In this document: positions 1 to 8,776 of the stretch, piece by piece | Numbering within the stretch: the stretch's first letter is position 1 | How the letters are laid out: each line of letters opens with the position of its first letter | Origin: Acidobacteriota bacterium | Lineage (GTDB): Bacteria > Acidobacteriota > Thermoanaerobaculia > Multivoradales > J023 | Length of the DNA: 64,000 nt | Reading direction: 5' to 3' | Assembly: GCA_029263395.1 (NCBI GenBank) | Contig: JAJCXO010000036.1 | Coordinates: 1,638 to 65,637 of the forward strand | Notes under the pieces: generated by a model | Databases searched by the model: none | What the model was told of the DNA's origin: nothing | What the model saw: the letters and a program-made list of their open reading frames with translations, nothing else | Translations under genes and position numbers: made by a program

Positions 1-491
1 GCCCCCCCGCCGTCGTAGGTCAGCACCACACGATCGGCCTCGGTGAGGTCAGTGAGTGCTCCTTGCATCAGCCGCCGATCCTCCGGAAGCTCGCCGGCTA
101 GCTCGACCTTCACCACCGTCGGCTCAGCGCCACTCTGAAGCCGCTGCAACCCCTGCTCCAGCTGATCGTCGGTTGGTAGCTCGTCGCCTTCGCGCAACTG
201 TCGATCCTTACGGCGCCAATGGGACGCCAAGCGTTGGCTGATGATGACGTTGAGCAGCGCCTGAAAACCGCCCTTCTCCGGATCGTCCTTCCAGCCTTTT
301 CGCAGCCGCCAGACCAGCTTCATCATCACGTCCTGGGCGACGTCCTGTGCCTCGTCAGGGTTCTTGAGCTTAGCCTCCGCGATCCTCACCACCTGCGGAT
401 AATAGGTGGCGACGAAGGTCTCCCAGTCGCCGCCCCGGCCGTCCAGCTGACCAAGCAGGGCAGGATCGGTTTTGCGCGTGCAGTGGCCCAT
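1..491 (-). CDS. ECF-type sigma-70 family sigma factor, N-terminal part (gene runs off the left edge)
   Basis: My own minus-strand translation from ATG 491-489 gives MGHCTRKTDPALLGQLDGRGGDWETFVATYYPQVVRIAEAKLKNPDEAQDVAQDVMMKLVWRLRKGW...FQALLNVIISQRLASHWRRKDRQ...LTEADRVVLTY. It shows region-2-like signatures and the beginning of a region-4-like signature. It is missing from the ORF track because no stop codon lies in the window. The ATG sits 3 nt after the TGA (495-497) of the upstream gene. Confidence 0.6.
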   Translation of the reverse strand, partial: MGHCTRKTDPALLGQLDGRGGDWETFVATYYPQVVRIAEAKLKNPDEAQDVAQDVMMKLVWRLRKGWKDDPEKGGFQALLNVIISQRLASHWRRKDRQLREGDELPTDDQLEQGLQRLQSGAEPTVVKVELAGELPEDRRLMQGALTDLTEADRVVLTYDGGG

Positions 492-494
492 GAT

Positions 495-1865
495 TCACCA
501 CTCGTCGGGCGAATAAGGCTGTGGAGCCTGCTCGAACCGAAACGGGCAGCACTTGGCAACCGTTGGATAGCTGGGTGGCAAGGGAGACGGAGCCTGGACA
601 ACCTGGTTGCCATCGGTCCGCGGGGCGGTGCCGGGCGCAGCTGCTGGAGGAGTCCTGCGGGCCTCCAGAACGTGCTCCTGCCACTTCCGACGCACGGATT
701 CCATCCGCTGCTCAGTGCTCTCGAATGGCACCGTCTGCCATAGCTGCGCCATAAACTTGTAGTCGTTCTGGGCGTAGGGGTCCATTCCGAGCTCTTGCTT
801 AATACGAAGGCTGATGTCTACCTCCTGCTGCGTCAGCCCCTCGACCCCGATGTCGGCATCGTAGCCGTGTGCGTAAAGCAGGAGCTTGAGCCTACCGGCC
901 GCGTCAGCCACGTCAGACACCTCAAGCTCCTGGCGATACCAGCGGACGAGTTCCTCGTCGGTGGTGACGTCGGTGACGATCCGCCACCACGGTACCCGGA
1001 AGTAGCGGCCGAGTAGATGGATGATGGCCAGCTCGCTGGCCATGCGCAGCGCCCGGCTCTTGCTCTGAATGCCGACGACCCGCGATCGGAACCCGAGGCC
1101 GCTGCCCTCGAAGAAGATGCCGAAAGCGTAGGACTTGTCACTGCGGGCGACGTTGACGCGGTAGCTTTCGGCTAGGCGGTCGATCGCCGTCATGCGATAG
1201 TTGTCGTAGATCTGAAGATCGATCGCCAGGGTGGTAAGCTCGATGTCTCGATCGGTGCCAAAGCCGAGGTCCAGCTCCTCGTCACGCTGGGCGGCAGTCA
1301 CCGAGCCGCCGGGACGGTTGGTGATCGTCTCGTTGCCGCTCTTTACTGGGATCAGCGCATCCATCTGCACGCCCCATCCCTTGCGCAACCGCGTCTCCCC
1401 CTCGGTGATACTGCCGCGAACGCTGAGAAGAGGCCGGCGCATCAGAGTCTGGTGGTCGAGCTGCCCCATTTCCATCAACCGTAAATCGGTCAGGACCTGC
1501 GTGCGATCCACAACCTCGATCGGGCGCCCGATCTTCGCCAGAATAGTGCGCAGGACTGGAGCCAAGTCGGTCGGCAAGCCGTCGGTGACGCCACTAGTAT
1601 TCAGGATCGGCGGAACCTCGATCGACACTGGATCGGTAAGCGCCCGCGGGTAGGCCCGCAGCATGGTGCCAAACTGAGCGACCGCGCCACCGAACCGGGT
1701 GAAGTTCTGCGCCGGCGGCGCCATTGATTCGTCCTGCTCGAGAATCACCGCGCCGGGCGTCGGCGTGGTCGCGCACGCCGACAACAGCGGCGCCACGGTG
1801 AGCGCAAAAAGGAGAAGAGCCGTGCACGTCGTAGCATCATTCCGTTTGGGAACGAGACGCTTCAT
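495..1865 (-). CDS. CsgG-like outer-membrane lipoprotein (curli-type secretion channel family) with a Pro-rich C-terminal extension
   Basis: This is ORF 495..2054. I place the start at the internal ATG 1865, giving MKRLVPKRNDATTCTALLLFALTVAPLLSAC, a signal peptide plus an L-S-A-C lipobox. CsgG-like blocks are present: LRTILAKIGRPIEVVDRTQVLTDL, LSVRGSITEGE, LTTLAIDLQIYD and RALRMASELAIIHLLGRYF. Confidence 0.6.
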   Translation of the reverse strand: MKRLVPKRNDATTCTALLLFALTVAPLLSACATTPTPGAVILEQDESMAPPAQNFTRFGGAVAQFGTMLRAYPRALTDPVSIEVPPILNTSGVTDGLPTDLAPVLRTILAKIGRPIEVVDRTQVLTDLRLMEMGQLDHQTLMRRPLLSVRGSITEGETRLRKGWGVQMDALIPVKSGNETITNRPGGSVTAAQRDEELDLGFGTDRDIELTTLAIDLQIYDNYRMTAIDRLAESYRVNVARSDKSYAFGIFFEGSGLGFRSRVVGIQSKSRALRMASELAIIHLLGRYFRVPWWRIVTDVTTDEELVRWYRQELEVSDVADAAGRLKLLLYAHGYDADIGVEGLTQQEVDISLRIKQELGMDPYAQNDYKFMAQLWQTVPFESTEQRMESVRRKWQEHVLEARRTPPAAAPGTAPRTDGNQVVQAPSPLPPSYPTVAKCCPFRFEQAPQPYSPDEW

Positions 1866-1881
1866 GATGACCGCCTCACTG

Positions 1882-2412
1882 TCAACGCCCGCCGGTAACG
1901 CCAGGAGAGGACGCGCCGTCGAGCAAGCGACGGGCATTGGCGCCGCCGCTGCCATGAATCCGCAGTGAGGCAAGCTCGACCACTGATTCGACCTCGATCG
2001 GACGACGCCGACGGCGCTCCTCCGGCAGCTTGAGGACGCCAATCTCGAGCTCACGCCCCTGGCGCCGGTCGACGCGTAAAGTTTGCGGTACGTGCGACAC
2101 CAACGCCAGCGAGACCTTGCGCACTCCGTCGGTGTCGGTAAGCGAGGGACTCAGCACTTGCGGGTTGCCGGTTCGCTGCGCGCCCTGTAGCTGAGAATCG
2201 TCGAGGTAGAGATAGAGCTCCCCGCTCGGGCTCACCCGGCCGCCAAAGTATCGGCCGCGATTCTTGATCAGCAGCTGCTCGTAGATGCCGGGGGCACGCG
2301 CCGAAGCAAGCCGAGAGGGTGCACCCAGTATTTGTGCGTCGAGCGACCGCGCCGGGACCAGCAGCCCAAGGACAATGATTGCGGCAAGAATTGAGCAGGT
2401 TGGGAGGTTCAT
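1882..2412 (-). CDS. secreted hypothetical protein (about 176 aa) in the CsgG-like operon
   Basis: This is ORF 1882..2646. The internal ATG at 2412 gives MNLPTCSILAAIIVLGLLVPARSLDAQ, a signal peptide. The gene ends 17 nt before the CsgG-like start. I recognise no family. Confidence 0.45.
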   Translation of the reverse strand: MNLPTCSILAAIIVLGLLVPARSLDAQILGAPSRLASARAPGIYEQLLIKNRGRYFGGRVSPSGELYLYLDDSQLQGAQRTGNPQVLSPSLTDTDGVRKVSLALVSHVPQTLRVDRRQGRELEIGVLKLPEERRRRRPIEVESVVELASLRIHGSGGANARRLLDGASSPGVTGGR

Positions 2413-2512
2413 GGTTCGCTTCCTTTGAAGTTGATGGACTGTTCCGCCGACGCTCTCGAAATGGAGTTCCGCCGGCCGTGTGCCAAAGGTACTCCCCGCC
2501 AGATAGTTCGGG

Positions 2513-3013
2513 TCATTCGACCCGAACCCCGCCAATTTGCACCGTGTGGTTCCGGCCCCAAACCGCAACTGCGCCGCTGAAACTAGTGCTGGCGGAAATG
2601 CTGCCGACCCTGGCCGAGTTAACTTGGAGACCACCAACTTGGGCATCTACGCCCCATCCGACGACGGCAACCGCGCCGCTCATCCGGGTGCGCTCACGCA
2701 ACGAACCGCCGGCACGGGCATCACTTAGCTTCACCCCTCCGACCTGGACGCCAACGTCGGTTCCAGCCGCCACGGCAACTCCGTTGAGGGCCGTGCGGCT
2801 TGCGACATCGCCGCCAGCCACCGAGTCGTCGAGGTGTACGCCGCCGACCTGCACACCGACATTGACGCCGGTCGCTAGCACTGCCCCGTTGACGGTCGCA
2901 CGGCTGGTGACGTCGCCGTCCACCCGGCTACCGGACAGTACCTGGGCGCCTGAGCTAACCGCTGAAACAGTGAGTATCGCGGCCAACGACATGGCCATCA
3001 GATCAGGTTTCAT
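2513..3013 (-). CDS. secreted tandem-repeat protein A (4 x ~35 aa, beta-solenoid/amyloid-subunit candidate)
   Basis: Signal peptide MKPDLMAMSLAAILTVSAVSSGAQ. Repeats follow, such as DVTSRATVNGAVLATGVNVGVQVGGVHLDDS and GDVASRTALNGVAVAAGTDVGVQVGGVKLSDA. A Shine-Dalgarno AAGGAGG lies 5 nt upstream of ATG 3013. It is a paralog of 3145..3654. Confidence 0.7.
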   Translation of the reverse strand: MKPDLMAMSLAAILTVSAVSSGAQVLSGSRVDGDVTSRATVNGAVLATGVNVGVQVGGVHLDDSVAGGDVASRTALNGVAVAAGTDVGVQVGGVKLSDARAGGSLRERTRMSGAVAVVGWGVDAQVGGLQVNSARVGSISASTSFSGAVAVWGRNHTVQIGGVRVE

Positions 3014-3144
3014 TAATGCCTCCTTGTTGTGATGCTCGGTTCGGCGGGTTGCACCGTGCCAGAGACCTCCTTACCCCAAAGGCAGGAGGTGGCACGACAA
3101 AGCGCCGTGCCACAGCTGACAGGATCGTCAGTCCGGTTTCCCGA

Positions 3145-3654
3145 TCAGTCCATCCAGACTCCACCTACCTGGGCTTCGACGTTGGTCCCGGCAGCTAGTA
3201 CGGCACCATTGACCTCGGTGCGGGAATCGATGTTGCCGGTTACCCGTGAATTCTTGATCCGCACCGAACCGACATGGGCGGTGACGTTGGTACCCGCGGC
3301 CAGAACCGCACCGTTCACGACAGTGCGCTCGGTGATGTCACCTTCCACCTGCGAGCCAACGATCCGTACGCCGCCAACCAGGGCTGCGACATTCTCGCCC
3401 GCGGCGAGCACCGCACCGTTGACCCGTACGTTGGAGTCGATGTCACCATCGACCTGAGAACTGCTGATTCGGATCCCGCCGACCTGAGCGAGCGCGTTGG
3501 TGCCTGCGGCTAGCACCGCACCGTTGACCTCGGTACGGGCGGTCAGGTCGCCCTCGACTCGGCTGCCGCCGCCGGACAGTACTTGCGCCTCGGCTCCGAT
3601 GGCTGCAGTCAGAAGGACTACGGCAAACATGAGAGTTCTAGTGCCTGTGTTCAT
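3145..3654 (-). CDS. secreted tandem-repeat protein B (4 x 35 aa, beta-solenoid/amyloid-subunit candidate)
   Basis: Signal peptide MNTGTRTLMFAVVLLTAAIGAEAQ. Four near-regular 35-aa units follow, of the form RVEGDLTARTEVNGAVLAAGTNALAQVGGIRISSS. A Shine-Dalgarno AAGGAG lies 6 nt upstream of ATG 3654. Confidence 0.7.
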   Translation of the reverse strand: MNTGTRTLMFAVVLLTAAIGAEAQVLSGGGSRVEGDLTARTEVNGAVLAAGTNALAQVGGIRISSSQVDGDIDSNVRVNGAVLAAGENVAALVGGVRIVGSQVEGDITERTVVNGAVLAAGTNVTAHVGSVRIKNSRVTGNIDSRTEVNGAVLAAGTNVEAQVGGVWMD

Positions 3655-3905
3655 TGGATTCTCCTTCCCATTCAGGTTTTATTTTCGGCGTCTCAGACGC
3701 CGTATTCATCGAGGTATACCCGCGGTCCCCAAAAAGCGTTACACCGGGGTCGAGACCAACCTCCTACCGATCGATACGACCGACCATGGACCGATCGCCC
3801 TGCCGACCGATAGTGCGGTGCAAGCCGGGTTGGTCGTCGCCGAATCCGCCGTGACGGTCAGCTCGACGTCGGAGAGACCCAGAAACCTCAGTGGTTGCCA
3901 CACCT

Positions 3906-5549
3906 CTAGCTCCCCGGGCGCGGCGTCCGGTCGTTCGCCCAAGCAGGACGATTCTGGCTTCTTGCCTCCTTCTTCGTAGCACCACCGAATCGATAGACCA
4001 TCGACAGACTGACGATGTCGGAACGTTCCGAGAGATCGAAGGCGAGATCGACCTGCACCTTTTTGCCAACGAAGCCCAGCCCTCCAGTGATATGAAGCTC
4101 ATCCTCGCCACGCGGGAACCGAAAGGCGAATCGATCCTCGATCTCACCGATGGCGTCAGGGTCCCTGCCTTCGAAATCGTAGTAGAGCTGATGATCCGGG
4201 TCGTACCAGAGTCCGAAACGCAAAGCGATCGGATTCTGGCGTACAAACACGTACTCGACCCCCAGATGGAATTCGTCGCCATCGTCAATCTTGAAGTTCT
4301 TGAGAAATCGGGAGATGCACGGAACACTGGACCTCAGCTCCGGAGGACTGGCCAGGGGAGTCGGATAGCGATCGCCATCGATGTTGTAATCTCCGCAGCT
4401 ACCCAATTGGAGATCATTCGCCGTGCCCGGCCTTGGTGCGCCTCGCGTTGCCGTGGTAATGACGTTCGCCGCTGGCGTGAGGCTGGAATACTCGACTCGA
4501 TCGTATTCGAATGACACCGTGAGTTTCTGCGTCGGCTTGACCATCCAGCCGACGCTGACGACATCTGGGACTGCAAACTGAGTCGTACCAGTGAGGTCCC
4601 TAACGACACCTGGGTCAGTGAGATTGGGGTTCGGTTGCCCAGCCGATTGGGCTCGTGCTTCGTTGAGCGGTCCCCAATTGAATCCGTAGTCGAAATCAAA
4701 CTCGGGAGCTTGGCGATAGACCAAGCCGAGCCCCCAGCGATCCGATTTGCCCTTCCAAATCAGGCCAACTGTAGCAGCAACGTCGCTATCGTCCCCTGTC
4801 TGTGTGGATCGCTCGGTTTCGTTCGCAGGAACCAACTCCACGGCAGTGGTGATGACTTCACTTACGCCATCAGAGCGAGCCGAGTTGTTGGTCGCATAAC
4901 GACGAGTCAGCGAATCGTAGTCGAAAGTGTAGTACGACAGCCCGATACCTAACCACAGATTCTCGGTCACGCTATAGGCTGCAGACGCACCGTAGTTCAC
5001 GATGTCTAGATCGAGCCGGCCACTAAGAGCGGACAAGCGGCTGCGGGATTGGGTCGGAGTGACACCCGCAGCCACCGGTTTACGGATAAACGATCCTTGG
5101 CTCTCGAGTTGAACCTCGAAAGCCGCCAGCTCGTGTCGATAAAGGGCAACCCTCCACTTCTCACCGAGCACATGAGCATAGGACAAGAAGGAGAGCCCAG
5201 AGACAGCACTTTCGAACTCCCTCAACTCGAGATCTGGATTGGTATCGATGCCGACATTGGTCGGTGTGAAGTTAGCGCTTCCCCCGAAGGGATACTTGGT
5301 CTTGTAGTTACGGTATCTGCCCTCGGTGGATACCTCGCTCTCGTAGATCCAGATCAGCCCCGCTGGGTTGGCGAACGCTGCGGTGGAATCGTCAGCCAGC
5401 CCCGTAAATGCCCCTCCCAGCGCGAGGCTTCGCGCTCCTGGTGGCGCGAAACTGAACTGGAGCCCAGCGTTAATCTCATCATTCGTCTGAGCGCTAGCGA
5501 TCGTCGACGTGATGAATATCACTGCACAAAATCTGACATATATAGGCAT
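3906..5549 (-). CDS. outer-membrane beta-barrel protein, FadL/OmpP1-like
   Basis: Signal peptide MPIYVRFCAVIFITSTIASAQT. The N-terminal block GARSLALGGAFTGLADDSTAAFANPAGL is typical of FadL-type barrels. The protein is Gly/Tyr/Asp-rich with an alternating-strand pattern. Confidence 0.6.
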   Translation of the reverse strand: MPIYVRFCAVIFITSTIASAQTNDEINAGLQFSFAPPGARSLALGGAFTGLADDSTAAFANPAGLIWIYESEVSTEGRYRNYKTKYPFGGSANFTPTNVGIDTNPDLELREFESAVSGLSFLSYAHVLGEKWRVALYRHELAAFEVQLESQGSFIRKPVAAGVTPTQSRSRLSALSGRLDLDIVNYGASAAYSVTENLWLGIGLSYYTFDYDSLTRRYATNNSARSDGVSEVITTAVELVPANETERSTQTGDDSDVAATVGLIWKGKSDRWGLGLVYRQAPEFDFDYGFNWGPLNEARAQSAGQPNPNLTDPGVVRDLTGTTQFAVPDVVSVGWMVKPTQKLTVSFEYDRVEYSSLTPAANVITTATRGAPRPGTANDLQLGSCGDYNIDGDRYPTPLASPPELRSSVPCISRFLKNFKIDDGDEFHLGVEYVFVRQNPIALRFGLWYDPDHQLYYDFEGRDPDAIGEIEDRFAFRFPRGEDELHITGGLGFVGKKVQVDLAFDLSERSDIVSLSMVYRFGGATKKEARSQNRPAWANDRTPRPGS

Positions 5550-5616
5550 TATCTGTGTCCTCTAGGAATTGGTCTGCTCTTGAGGGCATCGCGACATAAA
5601 CCGCATGCTCTCCTCA

Positions 5617-8460
5617 TTAAAACTCAGCTGGCACACTCATTTTCAGAGCTTTGAAGCCGACATCGCTCTCTCCAAAGCTGGGATCATCGAGAAAACCCCA
5701 TTGTGGATTGCTCCGCGGTGAACGCCCCATTTCCGCGACATAGCGCCCCAACTCACGTCCGAGAACCAGGCCGTCCAGGTTGGCGTCGGCGCTACCTCCG
5801 AGGCCAGCAACGACGGCAACTCGGAATGCGCTCTCGTCGGGGACCTCTTGTTGCTCATCGCCAGCAGTCAGGAAGAGACGAGCAGGACGGGAAAGCAGAT
5901 CATCTACCGAGGTGCCTTGAACCTTCTCGATCAAGCGAGCCTTGGCAGCGTTGAACACGGTTCCGGAAAAACAGCTGTCGAAAATGAAGACTACGTCTCT
6001 CGCACGGGCTTCGACCGCGTACTTCTTGAAGTCCTCCATGCTGACGAGAAACCTGAGGTGTTCGCTGCTTTGTCCGGGCGTCGGTGAATCGACAGGAACG
6101 ATATAGCCGAGACTTCGTCCCCAATTGGCTTCAGACCAGCCGTGGCCTGCGTAGTAGACGATCAAGCGGCTGTCGGGCTCAGTACCGCGCCCGGCGATAA
6201 AATCCTCTAGCCTGCTAGCTAGCTCCTTCTTCTTCGGGTTCCAGACAACCTCCACCTCAAAATCCTGGCGCTCGAGCACAGCCTGGACGCGCTTAATGTC
6301 ATCCTTCACTCCGGGTAGCTGCGCCCAGCCGTGCACGTAGTCAACGGCGCCGATCAGCAGGGCGAAACTGTTGGCGTAGATCTTTAGCCGGTCGTCGCGG
6401 GATAGCAGATTCTCGAAGGCGTTGAGAGTAGAGGGGCGGGCCCGGCCCCACCCACGGGCCAAGAGAAGGCTCTCTCTCGCCGCTGCCTTGTCACCACACT
6501 CAAGATAGACGCGGACCCGATGGAGGAACGGGGTGTAGGGCATGCCGAGGGCAGTCTCCAAAGCCTCGACGTTGGCGAGCGCTGCCGTCTCGCCCAGCGC
6601 CGCGTGTACTCGATCGATCTCGTCGATGACGCTCCGATCGCATCCTTCTCCAATCTCAGAGACTGTGGCCGTGTAAGTGGAAATCGCCCGCCTCTGCATC
6701 GCTTGCAGCGCATGCTCGTGGTCTGCGGTTTCGACGGCCTCCACCAGCGAGGCGATCGCTCGCTCCTGAAGATCATCTGTGGGAGTCGATCGCGCCTGCG
6801 CGATGTAGCGACGGCTCTCGTCGAGCTCGCCACACGCTAGGTAGCCGTGCGCTAGGGCAAGATACGGCCGAGCCTGCGAGAGTCCTTCGCTGGCGAGCGC
6901 ACCAAAGAACCCGTCGCCGACCATGGCCTCGAGCCTCAACAGCGGTGCTCGCTGGCAAGAGTCAGTTGTCAGTAGCTTCTCGATCTCCTCAAGGCGAGCC
7001 AGGAGCAGCCTGCGATGGCGTCGCTCCTCGGCCTCGAGCTTCTGCTGGACGGGAACCTCCTGCCAAGGGTCCTGCTCGGCGTCCAACTTTACCTCTTCAA
7101 GTCGCCGAGCCACTTGAGCGACCTGCTCCGGTAGATCGAGCCCCGCATGGCGGACCCTTGAAAGGGCTGCCTCCGCATCGTTGACCTGCTGGCAGGACAG
7201 TTCCGCGTTCGCAATCAGCAATCGAGGTGTGGGCAAGGGAAGCGGAGTACTGGCCTCGGGAGCTGACTCAAGCGAGGCCAAATCTTCCACCAGCTGTGGG
7301 TCACACGCTCCAGTCGCGACTCTTTCGCGGCCGAGCTCATAACGCTTGCTCCATTCCGCCCTGGCGACCGCCTTGCGGACCAATTCCTCGAGCGCCGGGA
7401 TCTCGCTCGCAACCGCCGCCTCACTGCGGGCCTCTTCGAGGTGGAGCCGGGCCTCTTCCAGCTCACCACAAGCCACGCTTACCTGCGTCAACCAGAAGTG
7501 GGGAGCCCTGCCAGAGGTCGCCAAGTCGATCGATAGGCGCTTCGCGCCGACCATAATCCGCTTGATTCTGGCGCCGGCGCTTGCAGGGCAGTCGGCCTCG
7601 GCTGCGATCTCGCCAGCGATTTCGTCTAGCTGGCCAAGAAGGTTATCGACAGACGCTCTTCGCGCCGCCTCAACTCGGCGTTCTTCTTCTCGCCGGGCGA
7701 GGTCTCGAATCGATTCGTGGGACGCCGCCAGCCGCTCCCATGCCGTTCGAACCATGACCTCAGCTTGGCCAGTATCGGTGGCCGCAACCCGATTCTTCTT
7801 TAACAGCTCGGCGGCGGCGGCGAGCCCCTCTTGGATCTCCGCCAGCTTGTCCCTATAGGAAGACGCCGACTCACCTGTAGCCAACTCACCTGTGATGCTG
7901 CTGACAGACGCTCGCTGGCGCTGCATCTCCCTACGAGCCTGCGCGACTTCAACAAGCAACCGTTCGGCCCGCTGAGGCAGCGCAAGATTCAGCTCGGATT
8001 TGAGCTCCTCAAGGGCCCTCCGCAAATTCCCGTTCTTTTTATGGTCGATCGCGCCCTGATCTTCGGACTCTTTCCATGCCTCCAGCGCAGCGTCATATCT
8101 TCCCAAATTATAAAGAGCCAAGCCTTGCTGGAAGTAAGGCAGGTAGGGTTCGAACCTCATACCGTAGGGTCGAATCATCTCGCCTTCCCTCGGCTGTTCT
8201 CTAGACGCAGCGGCAAAGAAAGCAAGTGCCTCTCGCCACTTAGAGAAGGCGGCGGAACGCAGGCCTTCCTTGTAGAGATCGACGTAATCCGCTTTGCCAA
8301 CCTGAGGGAAACAGACAAACAGGATCCAAAGCCAAACGGATCGTCGGTGGCCCCCCCCTACTACTCGGCATCGAGGACTGGCTGAGCCGAAATTGCCAGC
8401 GTGAGAATTTTGCATCGTGTTTGCAGGAGTTGCCTTGTTCAGGCATTTCTGGGTCGTCAA
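5617..8460 (-). CDS. exported TPR/helical-repeat protein with a C-terminal caspase-fold (peptidase C14) domain
   Basis: An N-terminal hydrophobic segment (VWLWILFVCFPQVGKA) is followed by TPR-like sequence (LALYNLGRYDAALEAWKES). The C-terminal ~270 aa carry FALLIGAVDY, the His motif LIVYYAGHGW and the Cys motif VVFIFDSCFSGTVF. The start may instead be the second Met, near 8415. Confidence 0.75.
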   Translation of the reverse strand: MTTQKCLNKATPANTMQNSHAGNFGSASPRCRVVGGGHRRSVWLWILFVCFPQVGKADYVDLYKEGLRSAAFSKWREALAFFAAASREQPREGEMIRPYGMRFEPYLPYFQQGLALYNLGRYDAALEAWKESEDQGAIDHKKNGNLRRALEELKSELNLALPQRAERLLVEVAQARREMQRQRASVSSITGELATGESASSYRDKLAEIQEGLAAAAELLKKNRVAATDTGQAEVMVRTAWERLAASHESIRDLARREEERRVEAARRASVDNLLGQLDEIAGEIAAEADCPASAGARIKRIMVGAKRLSIDLATSGRAPHFWLTQVSVACGELEEARLHLEEARSEAAVASEIPALEELVRKAVARAEWSKRYELGRERVATGACDPQLVEDLASLESAPEASTPLPLPTPRLLIANAELSCQQVNDAEAALSRVRHAGLDLPEQVAQVARRLEEVKLDAEQDPWQEVPVQQKLEAEERRHRRLLLARLEEIEKLLTTDSCQRAPLLRLEAMVGDGFFGALASEGLSQARPYLALAHGYLACGELDESRRYIAQARSTPTDDLQERAIASLVEAVETADHEHALQAMQRRAISTYTATVSEIGEGCDRSVIDEIDRVHAALGETAALANVEALETALGMPYTPFLHRVRVYLECGDKAAARESLLLARGWGRARPSTLNAFENLLSRDDRLKIYANSFALLIGAVDYVHGWAQLPGVKDDIKRVQAVLERQDFEVEVVWNPKKKELASRLEDFIAGRGTEPDSRLIVYYAGHGWSEANWGRSLGYIVPVDSPTPGQSSEHLRFLVSMEDFKKYAVEARARDVVFIFDSCFSGTVFNAAKARLIEKVQGTSVDDLLSRPARLFLTAGDEQQEVPDESAFRVAVVAGLGGSADANLDGLVLGRELGRYVAEMGRSPRSNPQWGFLDDPSFGESDVGFKALKMSVPAEF

Positions 8461-8776
8461 GAATCGAATTCTCTAAAGAGCCTTCGGTTGGAGCCCGGCC
8501 GGACGACCAGACCGGCCCCGCTCTGCCAAGCCTCCGAGCCCTCCCAATGAATTCAATTTGAGCCGCTCAACGCCTAGTCTTTGGTGAAGCCCAATTCCAC
8601 AGCCGACTGAAGCTCGAAATCGACTTCGTCATTCACTCCTCCTTTTAGTCCCTTGAAAAGAGACGCACGAACCCGTGCAAAAGCAGGCCAGTGAAGTGAC
8701 GAAGCTCAAACTAGACGAATCAGGCGGGGCTGATGCCGCCCACGAACGCGATCTCGACGGTGGGCCGCTACTCGTT

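Noticed and set aside
2379-3979. Plus-strand ORFs (2379..3032, 3029..3457, 3497..3979) opposite the repeat-protein genes
   Set aside because: These are Pro/Thr/Ser/Ala-rich mirror frames with no signal peptide or Shine-Dalgarno site. The minus-strand genes have strong Shine-Dalgarno sites, signal peptides and a regular 35-aa repeat register.
8676-8690. Sigma-54-like element on the minus strand (CTGGCCTGCTTTTGCA) upstream of the caspase operon
   Set aside because: Only 9 nt separate GG from GC, where 10 are needed. Spacing is critical for sigma-54 promoters.
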